A stretch of 64,000 nt of DNA from Macrostomum lignano (lineage: Eukaryota): positions 124,001-188,000 of the forward strand of contig NIVC01001550.1 in assembly GCA_002269645.1 (NCBI GenBank), in the 5' to 3' direction. The notes beneath the pieces are model-generated. The model made no database searches and was not told the origin of the DNA. It worked only from the letters and a program-made list of their open reading frames with translations. The translations under genes were made by a program, and so were the position numbers. Shown here piece by piece: positions 33,828-61,153 of the stretch (position 1 is its first letter; the number at the start of each line of letters is the position of its first letter).

Positions 33828-36800
33828 CTACACCGAGCTGATGAGTTGCGTCACTCGCAACGCCACCCCTTCCTGTGCTACGACGCCTCCCGCCCGCGGT
33901 CTGGCAGCCAGGCCGACTGTTGCTATGGCAACCGGCTGCCTAGCCGGCTCGGATCGGCAGCGAGCGGCGTCCAGCAGAGCCCGCTTGTAATTATCGTTCA
34001 TGAACAGGTAGAAAAACGGATTTAAGAATGCGTTCATGTAGCACATTATCCAGGACATGATGTACACGGAGTCTGTCTTTCGGATTGCGGTGCGCTGCAT
34101 CATTATCATGTTATCCAGGATGTGCCAGGGCAAATTGGCTAGCAGGAAGGACACCAGGACGCAGGTTACCATGCGGAAGGATTTGCTCAGCCGGCCGCTG
34201 GTAGCTGATGAAGCTGGGCGAGCGAACCGGTCGGAAAGCTGAGGCTTCTGCGAGGTGGCGCTCTAAAATTGGGGAGAATTTAGGAGATTCATAAGCAGTG
34301 ATGAGGCTGTTTTGATGTCGGAGGAGTGAACAGATCGAGCAGTGATGAGGCTGTAATGATCTCGGAGGAATGAACAGATTGAGCAGTGATGAGGCTGTAA
34401 TGATCTCGGAGGAGTGAACAGATTGAGCAGTGATGAGGCTGTAATGATCTCGGAGGAGTGAACAGATTGAGCAGTGATGAGGCTGCAATGCTCTCGGAGG
34501 AGTGAACAGATTGAGCAGTGATGAGGCTGTAATGATCTCGGAGGAGTGAACAGATCGAGCAGTGATGAGGCTGCAATGCTCTCGGAGGAGTGAGCAGAAG
34601 TTACACAGAGCCTTGGAGTACATTCAATCGAATGATTTATTCAAATCGAGCATAATTTTATCTGGCATTATGGCTGACTTGGCCGGTCTCAGTTCCCACT
34701 GCGGACTACAAATATGATTATGCATATTTTCATTTCCGCATTGCAGGGGTGGCCAGCATCTCTATTCTATGAGCCCTAGCTCATTATCTGCCGGACAGAT
34801 TTGATTAGGGCTCCGGGCAATAAAGTCTCGATAGTTCTTTTAGTAGCAGAAGAAGAAGAAGCCAGCAACAGTAGCGGAAGAAGAACCAGTAGTAGACGTT
34901 AGAGCCATCCCAGGCTTAATGAGCTCGGCAGTAATTAGCCCTGAGATCCGAGGCTGGCTTAGAGCTGCTCGGCTAAACTGTGCTCAGGAAAGGTGGGGTG
35001 GACACCGCATAGCGACTGATTTAAACTGATTGAAGCTGCTAGCAAAGCCACGCATCGAACAGTTTGCTGAAGCTGATAACCCGCTAGCTTAATCCGGCAT
35101 TGCGAAAGGATTATTGGAAGGACCGGCAGATTATCTCCCCTTCCCCCTTTGGTCGCTGTCTCTCTATCTCCATCAATATCCTTGTGCCCGAGCAAATTGA
35201 AGGCTTTGGATGTAGAATGGAGAAGCTCAAAAAACATACAGAAGGGAGGCTTCTCTCTTCCTTGCTCAGCCTCGAGGGAATTCCGCTTCATCCCAACACT
35301 CCGCCTCCCTTTTCTCCTTTTCTCTCTGACTTTGAGGTAGCAGCCAATCTAGCTGAGTTGCCTTTCATTCATTCCGCTTTCCGTTGTCGAAATTTCTACT
35401 TTTCTAGTTCAAATCATTCGCTCTCTCCGGAACTGTGGAGTCCCAATTTAAAAAAGTCACTTTTGCTTTTTACTCGGCCTCATCACACGAGTGATCGTTC
35501 AGACGGAGAGTTGCTTTACGCTATCTGGTTTGCTTTGACTCTTAGGGTTTGTCTGACCGTCGCCGGTGTTGGATCCCGGAAGAAATGATTCAGGGACGGA
35601 CTAAGCTTGTGGGTTAGCTTTTCCGAGTTTCAAACAATCAAGAGTTCCCGCAGAAGACTTTCTATAGATGACTACTGCTATGGTCCTCATCTACTGGTTT
35701 CCAGCTTGAGATTTCAATCTAGCGGGTCTCTATTTGTGGTCCCAGCTACGGTCTCAGCTACGGTCTCAGCTACGGTCCCAGCTACGGTCCCAGCTACGGT
35801 TCCAGCTACGGTCCCAGCTACGGTCCCAGCTACGGTCCCAGCTACGGTCCCAGCTACGGTCCCAGCTACGGTCCCAGCTACGGTCCCAGCTACAGTCCCA
35901 GCTACGGTCCCAGCTGAAGTCCCAGCTACGGTCTCAGCTGCAGTCCCAGCTGAAGTCCCAGCTGAAGTCCCAGCTGCAGTCCCAGCTACGGTCCCAGCTA
36001 CAGTCCCAGCTACGGTCTCAGCTACGGTCTCAGCTACGGTCCCAGCTACAGTCCCAGCTACGGTCTCAGCTACGGTCCCAGCTACAGTCCCAGCTACAGT
36101 CCCAGCTACGGTCCCAGCTACGGTCCCAGCTGAAGTCCCAGCTTTAGTCCCAGCTGCAGTCCCAGCTGAAGTCCCAGCTGAAGTCCCAGCTACAGTCCCA
36201 GCTACAATCCCAGCTACGGTCCCAGCTACGGTCTCAGCTACGGTCTCAGCTACGGTCCCAGCTACGGTCCCAGCTACGGTCCCAGCTCAAAACAGCCGCA
36301 ACTCTCACAATCGACGGCTGCAACACTCGAGGAGGATTTCGCCCTCCGCTGCCGCCCTGGCTGGCCCTGAGCAGCGTGTCGGAGCGCCCGACAGCCCTGG
36401 TGGTCCTGGCGCTACGCAAGATCCGCATGACCACGGCCGAGTAGAAGAACACCAGCAGAATGATGGGGATGTACAGGGCCAGCGTGCGCTGCACCAGAGC
36501 CGCGGTGGGATTTCTATAGATGGGATGCGAGCACCGGATCGGCTGGCTGCCGTTGGTGCTACTCCGGAACCCGGTGGCGATCACCCAGACGGGGAAAGTG
36601 GCGACATTCCTGGCCGCGGTCAGCAGCCACAAGGCGACGCAGAGTCGCACCTGGTTGGCCCGGTGCATCCAGCGCTTATGCGCGAACACGCAGTTAGTTG
36701 CCAGGAAACGGTCGAAGGCCACGGCGGTGACGCTGGCGACGCTGACGTTGGTGCTGGTGTAGTCGCAGGTGATCCACAGGTCGCAGAGCCACAGTGGCAG

Positions 36801-37070
36801 CGGCCAGGTGTCAAACAGGGTGTCGGCCAGGTAGCCGGGCAGGGCCGTGGCGCCGATCATGATGTCCGAAGTGACCATCAGGCCGACTATCAGGGCGTGT
36901 CCGGGCACCCGGCGGGGCTCCGGGCGGCGAAGGAAGACGGCCAGCACGGCGGAGTTGACCAAAGTGATGAAGCCGCTAAGCAGCAGGCCGAGGGTGCCGT
37001 AGAGCAGCCGCTGGCTGTCCGAGTACTGCCGCTTGAGTTCAGTTGGCGGAGTGAAATTCCAAGCGGGCAT
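33828..37070 (-). CDS. Class A GPCR, muscarinic/biogenic-amine-receptor-like, 2 exons, about 398 aa
   Basis: Exon 1 36309-37070 (TM1-5; CDLWITCDY with D3.32, DRF; donor GTGAGA, phase 0) and exon 2 33828-34262 (acceptor TTTTAG; TM6-7, CYMNAFLNPFFY). An extra ICL3 exon cannot be excluded. Confidence 0.9.
34293..34598 (+). repeat. 44-bp minisatellite in the GPCR intron
   Basis: GAGCAGTGATGAGGCTGTAATGATCTCGGAGGAGTGAACAGATT, about 7 copies. Confidence 0.93.
35737..36288 (+). repeat. 12-bp minisatellite in the GPCR intron
   Basis: CCAGCTACGGTC units. Confidence 0.95.
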
Positions 37071-37381
37071 TTTCTGATCAACTGTCGGAGCGGCTGCAGC
37101 AGATGATGATGAGGATGAGCACTATGTGGATACAGCCTTGCGTAGCTTTCGGCTGAGCAGTTCATTAAGCTGTGAATTCAACGGGACTGCAAGATGGACA
37201 AGACAGCCAATAGCCGCTCAGCAAGGGGACTCAGTGAAAGTCTCAGGAGGAGCTCAGGAGGCGGAGCCTGTCAGAGAGCATTATAGTGCGCTGCGAAGAA
37301 TTGAAAAGTTGTTGGCCGAGTGCTCGAATCTCATTTGGTGTGAATAATTTAACTGGCTAGAAATCGATTCCTTAATCCGTG

Positions 37382-38270
37382 TTGGCTAGATTAGCAATCC
37401 ACTCTATTCCTTTATCCATGTAGGCTAGATTAGCAATCCATTCTATTCCTTTATCCATGTAGGCTAGATTAGCAATCCACTCTATTCCTTTATTCGCGTA
37501 GGCTAGATTAGCAATCCATTCTATTCCTTTATTCACGTAGGCTAGATTAGCAATCCATTCTATTCCTTTATCCAATGTAGGCTAGATTAGCAATCCATTC
37601 TATTCCTTTATCCATGTAGGCTAGATTAGCAATCCATTCTATTCCTTTATCCATGTAGGCTAGATTAGCAATCCATTCTATTCCTTTATCCAATGTAGGC
37701 TAGATTAGCAATCCATTCTATTCCTTTATCCAATGTAGGCTAGATTAGCAATCCATTCTATTCCATTATCCATGTAGGCTAGATTAGCAATCCATTCTAT
37801 TCCTTTATCCATGTAGGCTAGATTAGCAATCCATTCTATTCCTTTATTCATGTAGGCTAGATTAGCAATCCACTCTATTCCTTTATCCAATGTAGGCTAG
37901 ATTAGCAATCCATTCTATTCCTTTATTCACGTAGGCTAGATTAGCAATCCATTCTATTCCTTTATCCAATGTAGGCTAGATTAGCAATCCATTCTATTCC
38001 TTTATCCAATGTAGGCTAGATTAGCAATCCATTCTATTCCTTTATTCATGTAGGCTAGATTAGCAATCCACTCTATTCCTTTATCCAATGTAGGCTAGAT
38101 TAGCAATCCATTCTATTCCTTTATTCACGTAGGCTAGATTAGCAATCCATTCTATTCCTTTATCCAATGTAGGCTAGATTAGCAATCCATTTTATTCCTT
38201 TATTCATGTAGGCTAGATTAGCAATCCATTCTATTCCTTAACTATCCAGGTAGGCTAGATCAGCAATTCA
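37382..38270 (-). repeat. Minisatellite, GGATTGCTAATCT-core family, 39/40-bp unit, between two divergent genes
   Basis: Same unit as 11021-12670. Confidence 0.97.
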
Positions 38271-38544
38271 TTTTACTGGCTAAATTTCGCCATTACTTAG
38301 CCAGCTAGAAGTGGTTTCCTAGAAATTCTCGCCCTCCAACTGTTGCTAAAAATAGCATCTCTCCCACGCGGCGTTGCTGGCAGCCAGGAGCGGCCCAACG
38401 ATGCCGAAGCCCATGGGAGTGGCCCGCCAGTCGGCTGAGAACTTTTCTCACCGAGGGCGCTGCAGCGATCAGAGACCACCGGAGGCAATAAAAAGTCTCT
38501 CGGCTACTGGGGGCGGGTCCCAGCAGAAGACAAGCTGTCTCAGC

Positions 38545-39722
38545 ATGGCGGCCGCCCGCAGTCAGCAGCAGCAGCAGCAGGATCTGGCTGTCCAGGCTGG
38601 CCTAGTCAGCTCCCTAACCAGCCTGTTCTCGCAGAAGCTCAACTCAACCGAGGAGCTCAAAAAGGTGCCAGTAGTGAAGCCTGTGCCGATTAGATTGAGG
38701 CCCCAACCGCCGCCGGTCTCGCACCTGGGCTACACTCAGGTTGGCAAGCCAGCTCTGATTCAGCTGGTGCATAATTATTCACCGGAGTATAACCAGCAGC
38801 ACCAGCAGCACCAGCAGCAGGCAGCTTACGTCACTAAAAAGACGAAGTACTCGTCCAGAAGCGACTTGAACGGAGCTGGGTCAGGCCAGGCGGGGACGGA
38901 CAAGTACCACCTGGAAGAGTGGACGGTCTACGAGACTCTGCCAGCCGACCTGGCAGCCACTTCAACTTCGTCCAAGTCGGCAGCCGAAGCCGAAGCTGAG
39001 CGTCGACGTTTGAAGGCGGAGTTTGAGGAGAAGCGCCGGCTTCAACGCGTCCAGCGGGAGCGGCAAAGGCCGGCGGCTCCGGCTGCGACGCCTGAGATGT
39101 TCACCAGAGAGGAGTGGACAGTCTACGAGACGGTGCCGAGCCAGCGAGTCCAGGTAACTCGGTCAGCTAGTTCCGGCGCTCACCGGACTGCTCAATTGAG
39201 TCAGCAGCAGCAGCAGCAGCAGCTGTACCGCTCGGAGAGCAGCGACTCTGTCCTTGGCTACCGGCGCTACTTGAATGACAGCCAACATGACAGCGGCAAG
39301 GCCACTCGCCAATCGACATCAACAAAGACTACTACTGCTACCACTGGTACTACCAAGACTGCCCACAATGGCGCCGCAGTGAACAATAGTACAAGACGCC
39401 CCGCCGCTTCCACTCCGGAAATCTTTACGGCGGAAGAGTGGACTGTGTATGAGACCATACCAGCCGTGACTTCCGGTCAGCAACACCAGCATCAGCAGTA
39501 TCGGCAGCAGGAGCAGCAGAAGCAGCACCAGCACCAGCACCAGCAAAAGCAGACTAAACGAAGCGTTCGTTGGACTTCGGATGAGGCGAAATCCACCGCT
39601 AGACGCAACACGCCCGATATTTATTCGAAAGAGGAGTGGACCGTGTACGAGACGGTTCCCATAGTGACAGAGTCTGGAAACTATCAGCAGCAACGGCAGA
39701 GTCAGAGACAGTTGGTGCACCA

Positions 39723-39781
<59 letters not shown>

Positions 39782-40824
39782 GGCTGTACAGAAGTCCCAG
39801 CCAAGAGTCCGTGATTGGCTACAAGCGTTACCTTGACGACGGTCGGCAAAAGTCCAAAGCGGTAGAGTACAGCAGCAGCAGCAGCAGCAGCAAGCGGCAG
39901 ACCTATCAGCACGACAACGGCCAGTTGCGCCAGCAGCCACGGGTGTCCACCAGAAGCGCCGAAAACCGAGTTGGCACCCCGGTGCGTACGGAGGAGTGGA
40001 CCGTTGTGCGCCGCGTGCCGGCCGACTCGGCTGAGCTGCTGCTCAGTGGGCAAGTCGACAGGGCCAGCTGGCGAACTGCTGAGGCCGCCCGGCAACGGCA
40101 GACAGCGGCGAGTCCGGCTGGGTATCGGCGGTACCTGCTGGCCGAGTCCAACAACAGCCTGGCGTCCGCAGGGGACTTTGAGCACCGCGCTGTGCCTGGT
40201 GAGCACCGGTGGGGATGGCGGTGAATCTTGGAGGGGTTTGTGGTAGAGCTTCGGGTAGAGATTGGAGTAGAGACTGGAGTAGAGACTGGAGTAGAGACTG
40301 GAGTAGAGCTTGGGGTAGAGACTGGAGTAGAGATTGGAGTAGAGACTGGAGTAGAGACTGGAGTAGAGACTGGAGTAGAGACTGGAGTAGAGACTGGAGT
40401 AGAGACTGGAGTAGAGACTGGAGTAGAGACTGGAGTAGAGACTGGAGTAGAGACTGGAGTAGAGACTGGAGTAGAGACTGGACGGAACCACCAAAGGTCT
40501 CTCTGTTCGACCCTTCATCGGATCGCTGGATGCAAAGCCTCTCATTGAATTCGCGTTTAAAAGTCTATAAACTCAAATAGAAGCCGAAAGATCGAGTTTT
40601 AAAATTTGTTTTAACTTATAAAATTTGCAGACTGGAGGCGGGCCGGGTCTGATCGAAGCGGTCTGACAGAGAGCGAAAACCCCTTCCACACCGGCTACCA
40701 TATCGCTCGGGACAACCCGATTTACAGCGGGATTTAAACTGAGGCAAGGGGCGGTTGACTGGCCGCTTGATGGATTGGTTGATTGATTAAGGATTGATTG
40801 ATTGATTAATTGATTGACTGATTA

Positions 40825-40869
<45 letters not shown>

Positions 40870-40904
40870 CTGATTAATTGATTGATTGATTGATTGACTG
40901 ATTA

Positions 40905-40941
<37 letters not shown>

Positions 40942-40948
40942 CTGATTA

Positions 40949-40993
<45 letters not shown>

Positions 40994-41032
40994 CTGATTA
41001 ATTGATTGATTGATTGATTGATTGACTGATTA

Positions 41033-41085
<53 letters not shown>

Positions 41086-41124
41086 CTGATTAATTGATTG
41101 ATTGATTGATTGATTGACTGATTA

Positions 41125-41181
<57 letters not shown>

Positions 41182-42100
41182 CTGATTAATTGATTGATTG
41201 ATTGATTAGTTGACTGATTGATCGATTGATTGATTGATTAATTGATTTATCGGTTGCATGATTGATTAATTGATTGATTGGTTGATTGATTTTTTTGTTT
41301 ATTTATTTATTTATCGATTGCTTGATTGAATGATTGATTGATTGATTGATTTTTTGGTTGATTAATTAATCAATTATCAGTTAATTGATTGATTGGTTGA
41401 TTATTTAAATGATTGATTGATGGACTGATTGATCGATTGATTGATTGACTACTTAATTGATTGACTGATTGATTGATTAATTCATCGGTTGATTGATTGA
41501 TTGATTAGTTCATCGGATGATTGATTGATTGATTGATTCATCGATCGATTGATTGATTGATTAGTTCATCGGATGATTAATTGGTTGATTAGTTCATCGA
41601 TCGATTGATTGGTTGATTAGTTCATCGGTTGATTGATTGATTGATTAATTCATCGATCGATTGATTGGTTGATTAGTTCATCGGTTGATTGATTGGTTGA
41701 TTAGTTCATCGGTTGATTGATTGATTGATTAATTCATCGATCGATTGATTGGTTGATTAGTTCATCGGTTGATTGATTGGTTGATTAGTTCATCGGTTGA
41801 TTGATTGGTTGGTTGCTTTTTTAAATGACTTTTTTAAATGATTGATTATTCGATCGAATAAATTTTTATTACTCTTCGTATGAAGCATAGTATAGCCTAG
41901 CAGTAGTCAATCAGGGTTGTCAATCACCCCCCCCCACCGCCCCAGACTCCAAGCTGGACATACCCGACTACTATTTCTATTCGTATGAGAACGGCAACAA
42001 GATGGAGAAGCTCAGGCAGCTGTGCTCACCCACCAGCGAGCGGCGGAACTCGCGAAACGGCCAGCCGCTTGAGAAATTGAACGAATCAACTCGGCTTTGA
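38545..42100 (+). CDS. Uncharacterised Gln-rich protein with repeated EEWTVYETxP and GY[RK]RYL motifs, 2 exons, about 602 aa
   Basis: Open frame 38545-40198, donor G|GTGAGC, acceptor CCCCAG at 41945, exon 2 41946-42100 in matching phase 1 (DSKLDIPDYYFYSYE...). Repeats diverge at synonymous positions. The start codon is uncertain (the frame is open further upstream). Confidence 0.82.
40255..40481 (+). repeat. 12-bp minisatellite, intronic
   Basis: GTAGAGACTGGA units. Confidence 0.95.
40770..41815 (+). repeat. (GATT)n compound microsatellite, intronic
   Basis: GATT runs (reverse complement of the 8-9.3 kb AATC block motif) with patterned interruptions. Confidence 0.95.
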
Positions 42101-42382
42101 GTCTTGGCGGCTTCAAAACAAAAATTATTTATGCCATTGCAGATAGTACAGCGGTAGCCTACTTAATATATTTATTGCGCCTAATTGCGTTACCTGTTGG
42201 TGCCCAATAAAACAAAAATTTAATTTCTTATAAAAGGATTACTTCGTAGTTTCAAGCTCTCTAGCAAATTAGTTTTATTGATTTTCTGTAAAAATAATGA
42301 AATTCTCGCTGGGGGTGGACAATGCATGCGACTTGAAAACTCGATCAGTTGTCACCTCAGCCATCAATCAGGGTTGGTCACA

Positions 42383-56974
<14,592 letters not shown>

Positions 56975-57804
56975 GATTTGGCTTTCAACTGCTGCACATT
57001 TCCTGGCGGGGCGCCACCGCTCTTATAAAGCGAGCTCCGACCCAAAACCGAATTATCCGTGCGGCCCACCCCTCACCCCAAGGCAGGCCCTTCCCATCGC
57101 CATTCGCGGCAGTTGGATAATTTATTCCCCAAGCTCCCCCACCGGCTCTCGGGGATTTAAAGGGCCTGGAGGCGGAGGTCGGGGATTTTAGGTTGGGAGA
57201 TTTTGTAATCCCATTCGAAGTCCTCCTCTGCTAGCGACAGGCCCTTTTCGCGTGCCAGCTGTGAAACACGGCAGCGGTCTGTTGGCAGCTGCTGTATTGG
57301 TGAATTCGCACAAGCACTGTTACTGCAGTCCCCCGAAAAAGGCCACCGCACGAAAGACAGCCGTCAGCACCTCCCGCAGTCCCAGATCCCCCGCCTTACT
57401 ACACTTTATCACTCCTGTCCCTGTGTTGCATTTTCACCTTGGGTTTCAGTTGACTTCAGCTTTCCGCGCAGCGACAACAGAAGACACCCCGGAGACTTCA
57501 TGCTAACGGAGGCGGACCAAGGGAATTCCAGCACCGCGGAGCCCCAAATAGAGTGCGAATGTGACAAGTGCTGTCCTCGTCTGTTCTGCAAAATTCGGTT
57601 ACGGATCTGCTTGGTTTAGGACGCGATTATCCCATTCTCACCTGCCAGTTGTCTGCTTGGCAACTGCCGGGCGTGGGATTAAAGCAGTGTGGGAATCTTA
57701 AAACTGAGTATTGAAGCTATCGGTTCCATCACTGTGCTGGGAGCCCCATCTGCCTGTCTCTCATTTTCTCTCCCATTCTGTATTGACTGTCTGTTACTCA
57801 CTGA

Positions 57805-58635
<831 letters not shown>

Positions 58636-59019
58636 GTATTTCCTGGAGTCTGTCTACTCGCATGTTGGTGCCAGCAAAGCGGTCTCCATGCCCGTGCCTG
58701 ACCCAAATCAAGGACTCGACAATGATGGATACTCGCTATCGCCCCTCATCTCCAGCATTCGCCTCTCTGCTCGCTTTTGCCTCATAAATTAGTTTCCCGA
58801 GCATAAAAGACTGGGATTGGGAATCCAGAGTCTCTCCATCGTGCCTTGCTCAGCCTGTTCCCAACCTGTTTGCTCCAACACGCCCCCTGTCGGAGTGAGC
58901 GGCCCTCCAACACCAGCGCACTAATTGAATGGCCAAATGCACTGGGCGGCTCCAAGTCCGATCTGGCGGGATCTTTGCATAGTGCAATTAGTCATGTGTG
59001 TGTGATCTCCCTCTGCTTA

Positions 59020-59560
59020 TCTCCCTCTTTCCCCCCCCCTCTCCCTGTCTCCCATCTCTCCCTCTCCCTCTCCCTGTCTCCCTGTCTTCCATCTCTTCCT
59101 CTCCCTCTCCCTGTCTCCCCCCTCTCCCTGTCTCCCCCTCTCCCTGTCTCCCCATCTCCCTGTCTTCCATCTCTTCCTCTCCCTCTCCCTGTCTCCCCCT
59201 CTCCCTGTCTCCCCCTCTCCCTGTCTCCCCATCTCCCTGTCTTCCATCTCTTCCTCTCCCTCTCCCTGTCTCCCCCTCTCTCCCTCTCCCTCTCCCTGTC
59301 TCCCCCCTCTCCCTGTCTCCCATCTCTCCCTCTCCCTCTCCCTGTCTCCCCCTCTCCCTGTCTCCCATCTCTCCCTCCCCCTCTCCCTGTCTCCCATCTC
59401 TCCCTCTCCCTCTCCCTGTCTTCCCCCTCTCACTCTCCGGGTATCCCTTGCACTCTCCCTCTCTCCCCCTCTCCTTATCTCCCTCGTCATCCCGCACTCC
59501 CTCTCCCTCTCTCCCTCTTCCTCTCCCTCTCCCACTCCCTCTCCCTGTCTCTCCCCACTC
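59020..59560 (+). repeat. Pyrimidine-rich degenerate repeat
   Basis: CTCCCTGTCTCCC-type units. Confidence 0.88.
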
Positions 59561-59959
59561 CTTTGCCTATATAGTTTATAATCACCGAAAGCAGCCCAGA
59601 ACACAGCAGATTATCCAGCCCCCCCCCCATTTACTCTATTTTGTTATAATAAAACAAAATCCACCCCAGCTGCCTGATCAAGAGATGAAGAAAGTGGATT
59701 CCACACATTCTCCTTTTACCGACCGCTATCTGGCAGCCCTGGGAGACCTGGCAGCGCTCAGCTATGGCTCGAAACTCGTACTTCCCAGTTGCACTTTTTC
59801 TCTTGGTCAAATCAATTCACTTTCTTTGCGGCAATTTTTGGGACGACAACTCAGAAAAGAACGTATAAAGTGAACAGCGGCGTTCGGGAATGAGAAGATA
59901 AAGGAGAAATAAATGCGATAAAACGGAGCCTCAAGATGTGCAGTATGGAGATTTTATAA

Positions 59960-60840
59960 GCGCCAACTTGGAGATTCAGTAAGCGGTAAGCAGGAACCTT
60001 AGTGAGCTTTAAATTGTATCTTCACCAAGCGTAAGATAGAAAAATAGGAAAATTAAGCGCCAAATTGGTACCCCAGTAAGCGCCATAAAGAAGCCTCAGT
60101 AAGCGTTAGGTAGCAACATCAGTAAGTGCCAAAAAGAAATCTCAGTAAGCACCTAATAGGAGCTTCAGTAAGCACCAAATAGGAACCTTAGTAAGCGCAA
60201 AAAAGCCTCAGTAAGCGCCAAAATAAACTTTAGTAAGCGCCAAGTAGCAACATCAGTAAGCGCCAAAAAGAAGCCTCAGTAAGCGTCAAGTAGCAGTAAG
60301 CGCCAAAAAGAAGCCCCAGTAAGCGCCAAAATAAACTTTAGTAAGCGCCAAGTAGCAACATCAGTAAGCGCGAAACATGAGCCTCAGTAAGCTCCTAATA
60401 GGAGCCTCTGTAAGCGCCTAATAGGAACCTCAGTAAGCGCCAAAAAGAAGCCCCAGTAAGCGCCAAAATAAACTTTAGTAAGCGCCAAGTAGCAACATCA
60501 GTAAGCGCCAAAAAGAAGCCTCAGTAAGCGTCAAGTAGCAGTAAGCGCCAAAAAGAAGCCCCAGTAAGCGCCAAAATAAACTTTAGTAAGCGCCAAGTAG
60601 CAACATCAGTAAGCGCCAAAAAGAAGCCTCAGTAAGCGTCAAGTAGCAGTAAGCGCCAAAAAGAAGCCCCAGTAAGCGCCAAAATAAACTTTAGTAAGCG
60701 CCAAGTAGCAACATCAGTAAACGCCAAACATGAACCTCAGTAAGCTCCTAATAGGAGCCTCTGTAAGCGCCTAATAGGAACCTCAGTAAGCGCCAAAAGA
60801 AGCCCCAGTAAGCACCAGAAAGGAACTTCAATAAGCGCAA
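59960..60840 (+). repeat. AGTAAGCGCC-core array with divergent monomers and a 108-bp higher-order repeat
   Basis: 17-23-bp monomers share AGTAAGCGCC; CCCCAGTAAG recurs at 60451, 60559 and 60667. Confidence 0.92.
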
Positions 60841-61153
60841 ATATAAGGTGAATGAGGTAGGCTGTACCTAGAAATCAGTTGAAATGTCTTATTTCGAAGG
60901 AAAGAGGAGGGTGGCTGGATGGTGGGACACTGCAGAGAGTCGAGTTCGCAACCAGCTGCTTATTTTGCGCTGACGGACAGCATCAGTGAATTCCCAATGG
61001 GCACCCAATGCCTTCCTCTGTCAGTTATCTGGATCCATGATTCTAATAATACAGATTGAATGCCGCAGTGTATAATTCATGGAGGCAATGAATGAAGGTT
61101 AGGGTTAAAGATATGCTTATTACATTTCTTAACACAATGCTTTGCAGCTATAC

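Noticed and set aside
34780-34980. Possible extra ICL3 exon of the GPCR
   Set aside because: Candidate frames hit stops before a convincing donor; exons 1 and 2 already join in phase.
35607-37106. 499-aa plus-strand ORF
   Set aside because: Antisense shadow of the GC-rich GPCR exon plus a 12-bp repeat.
39319-40545. 408-aa minus-strand ORF
   Set aside because: Antisense to the EEWTVYET exon plus a 12-bp repeat.
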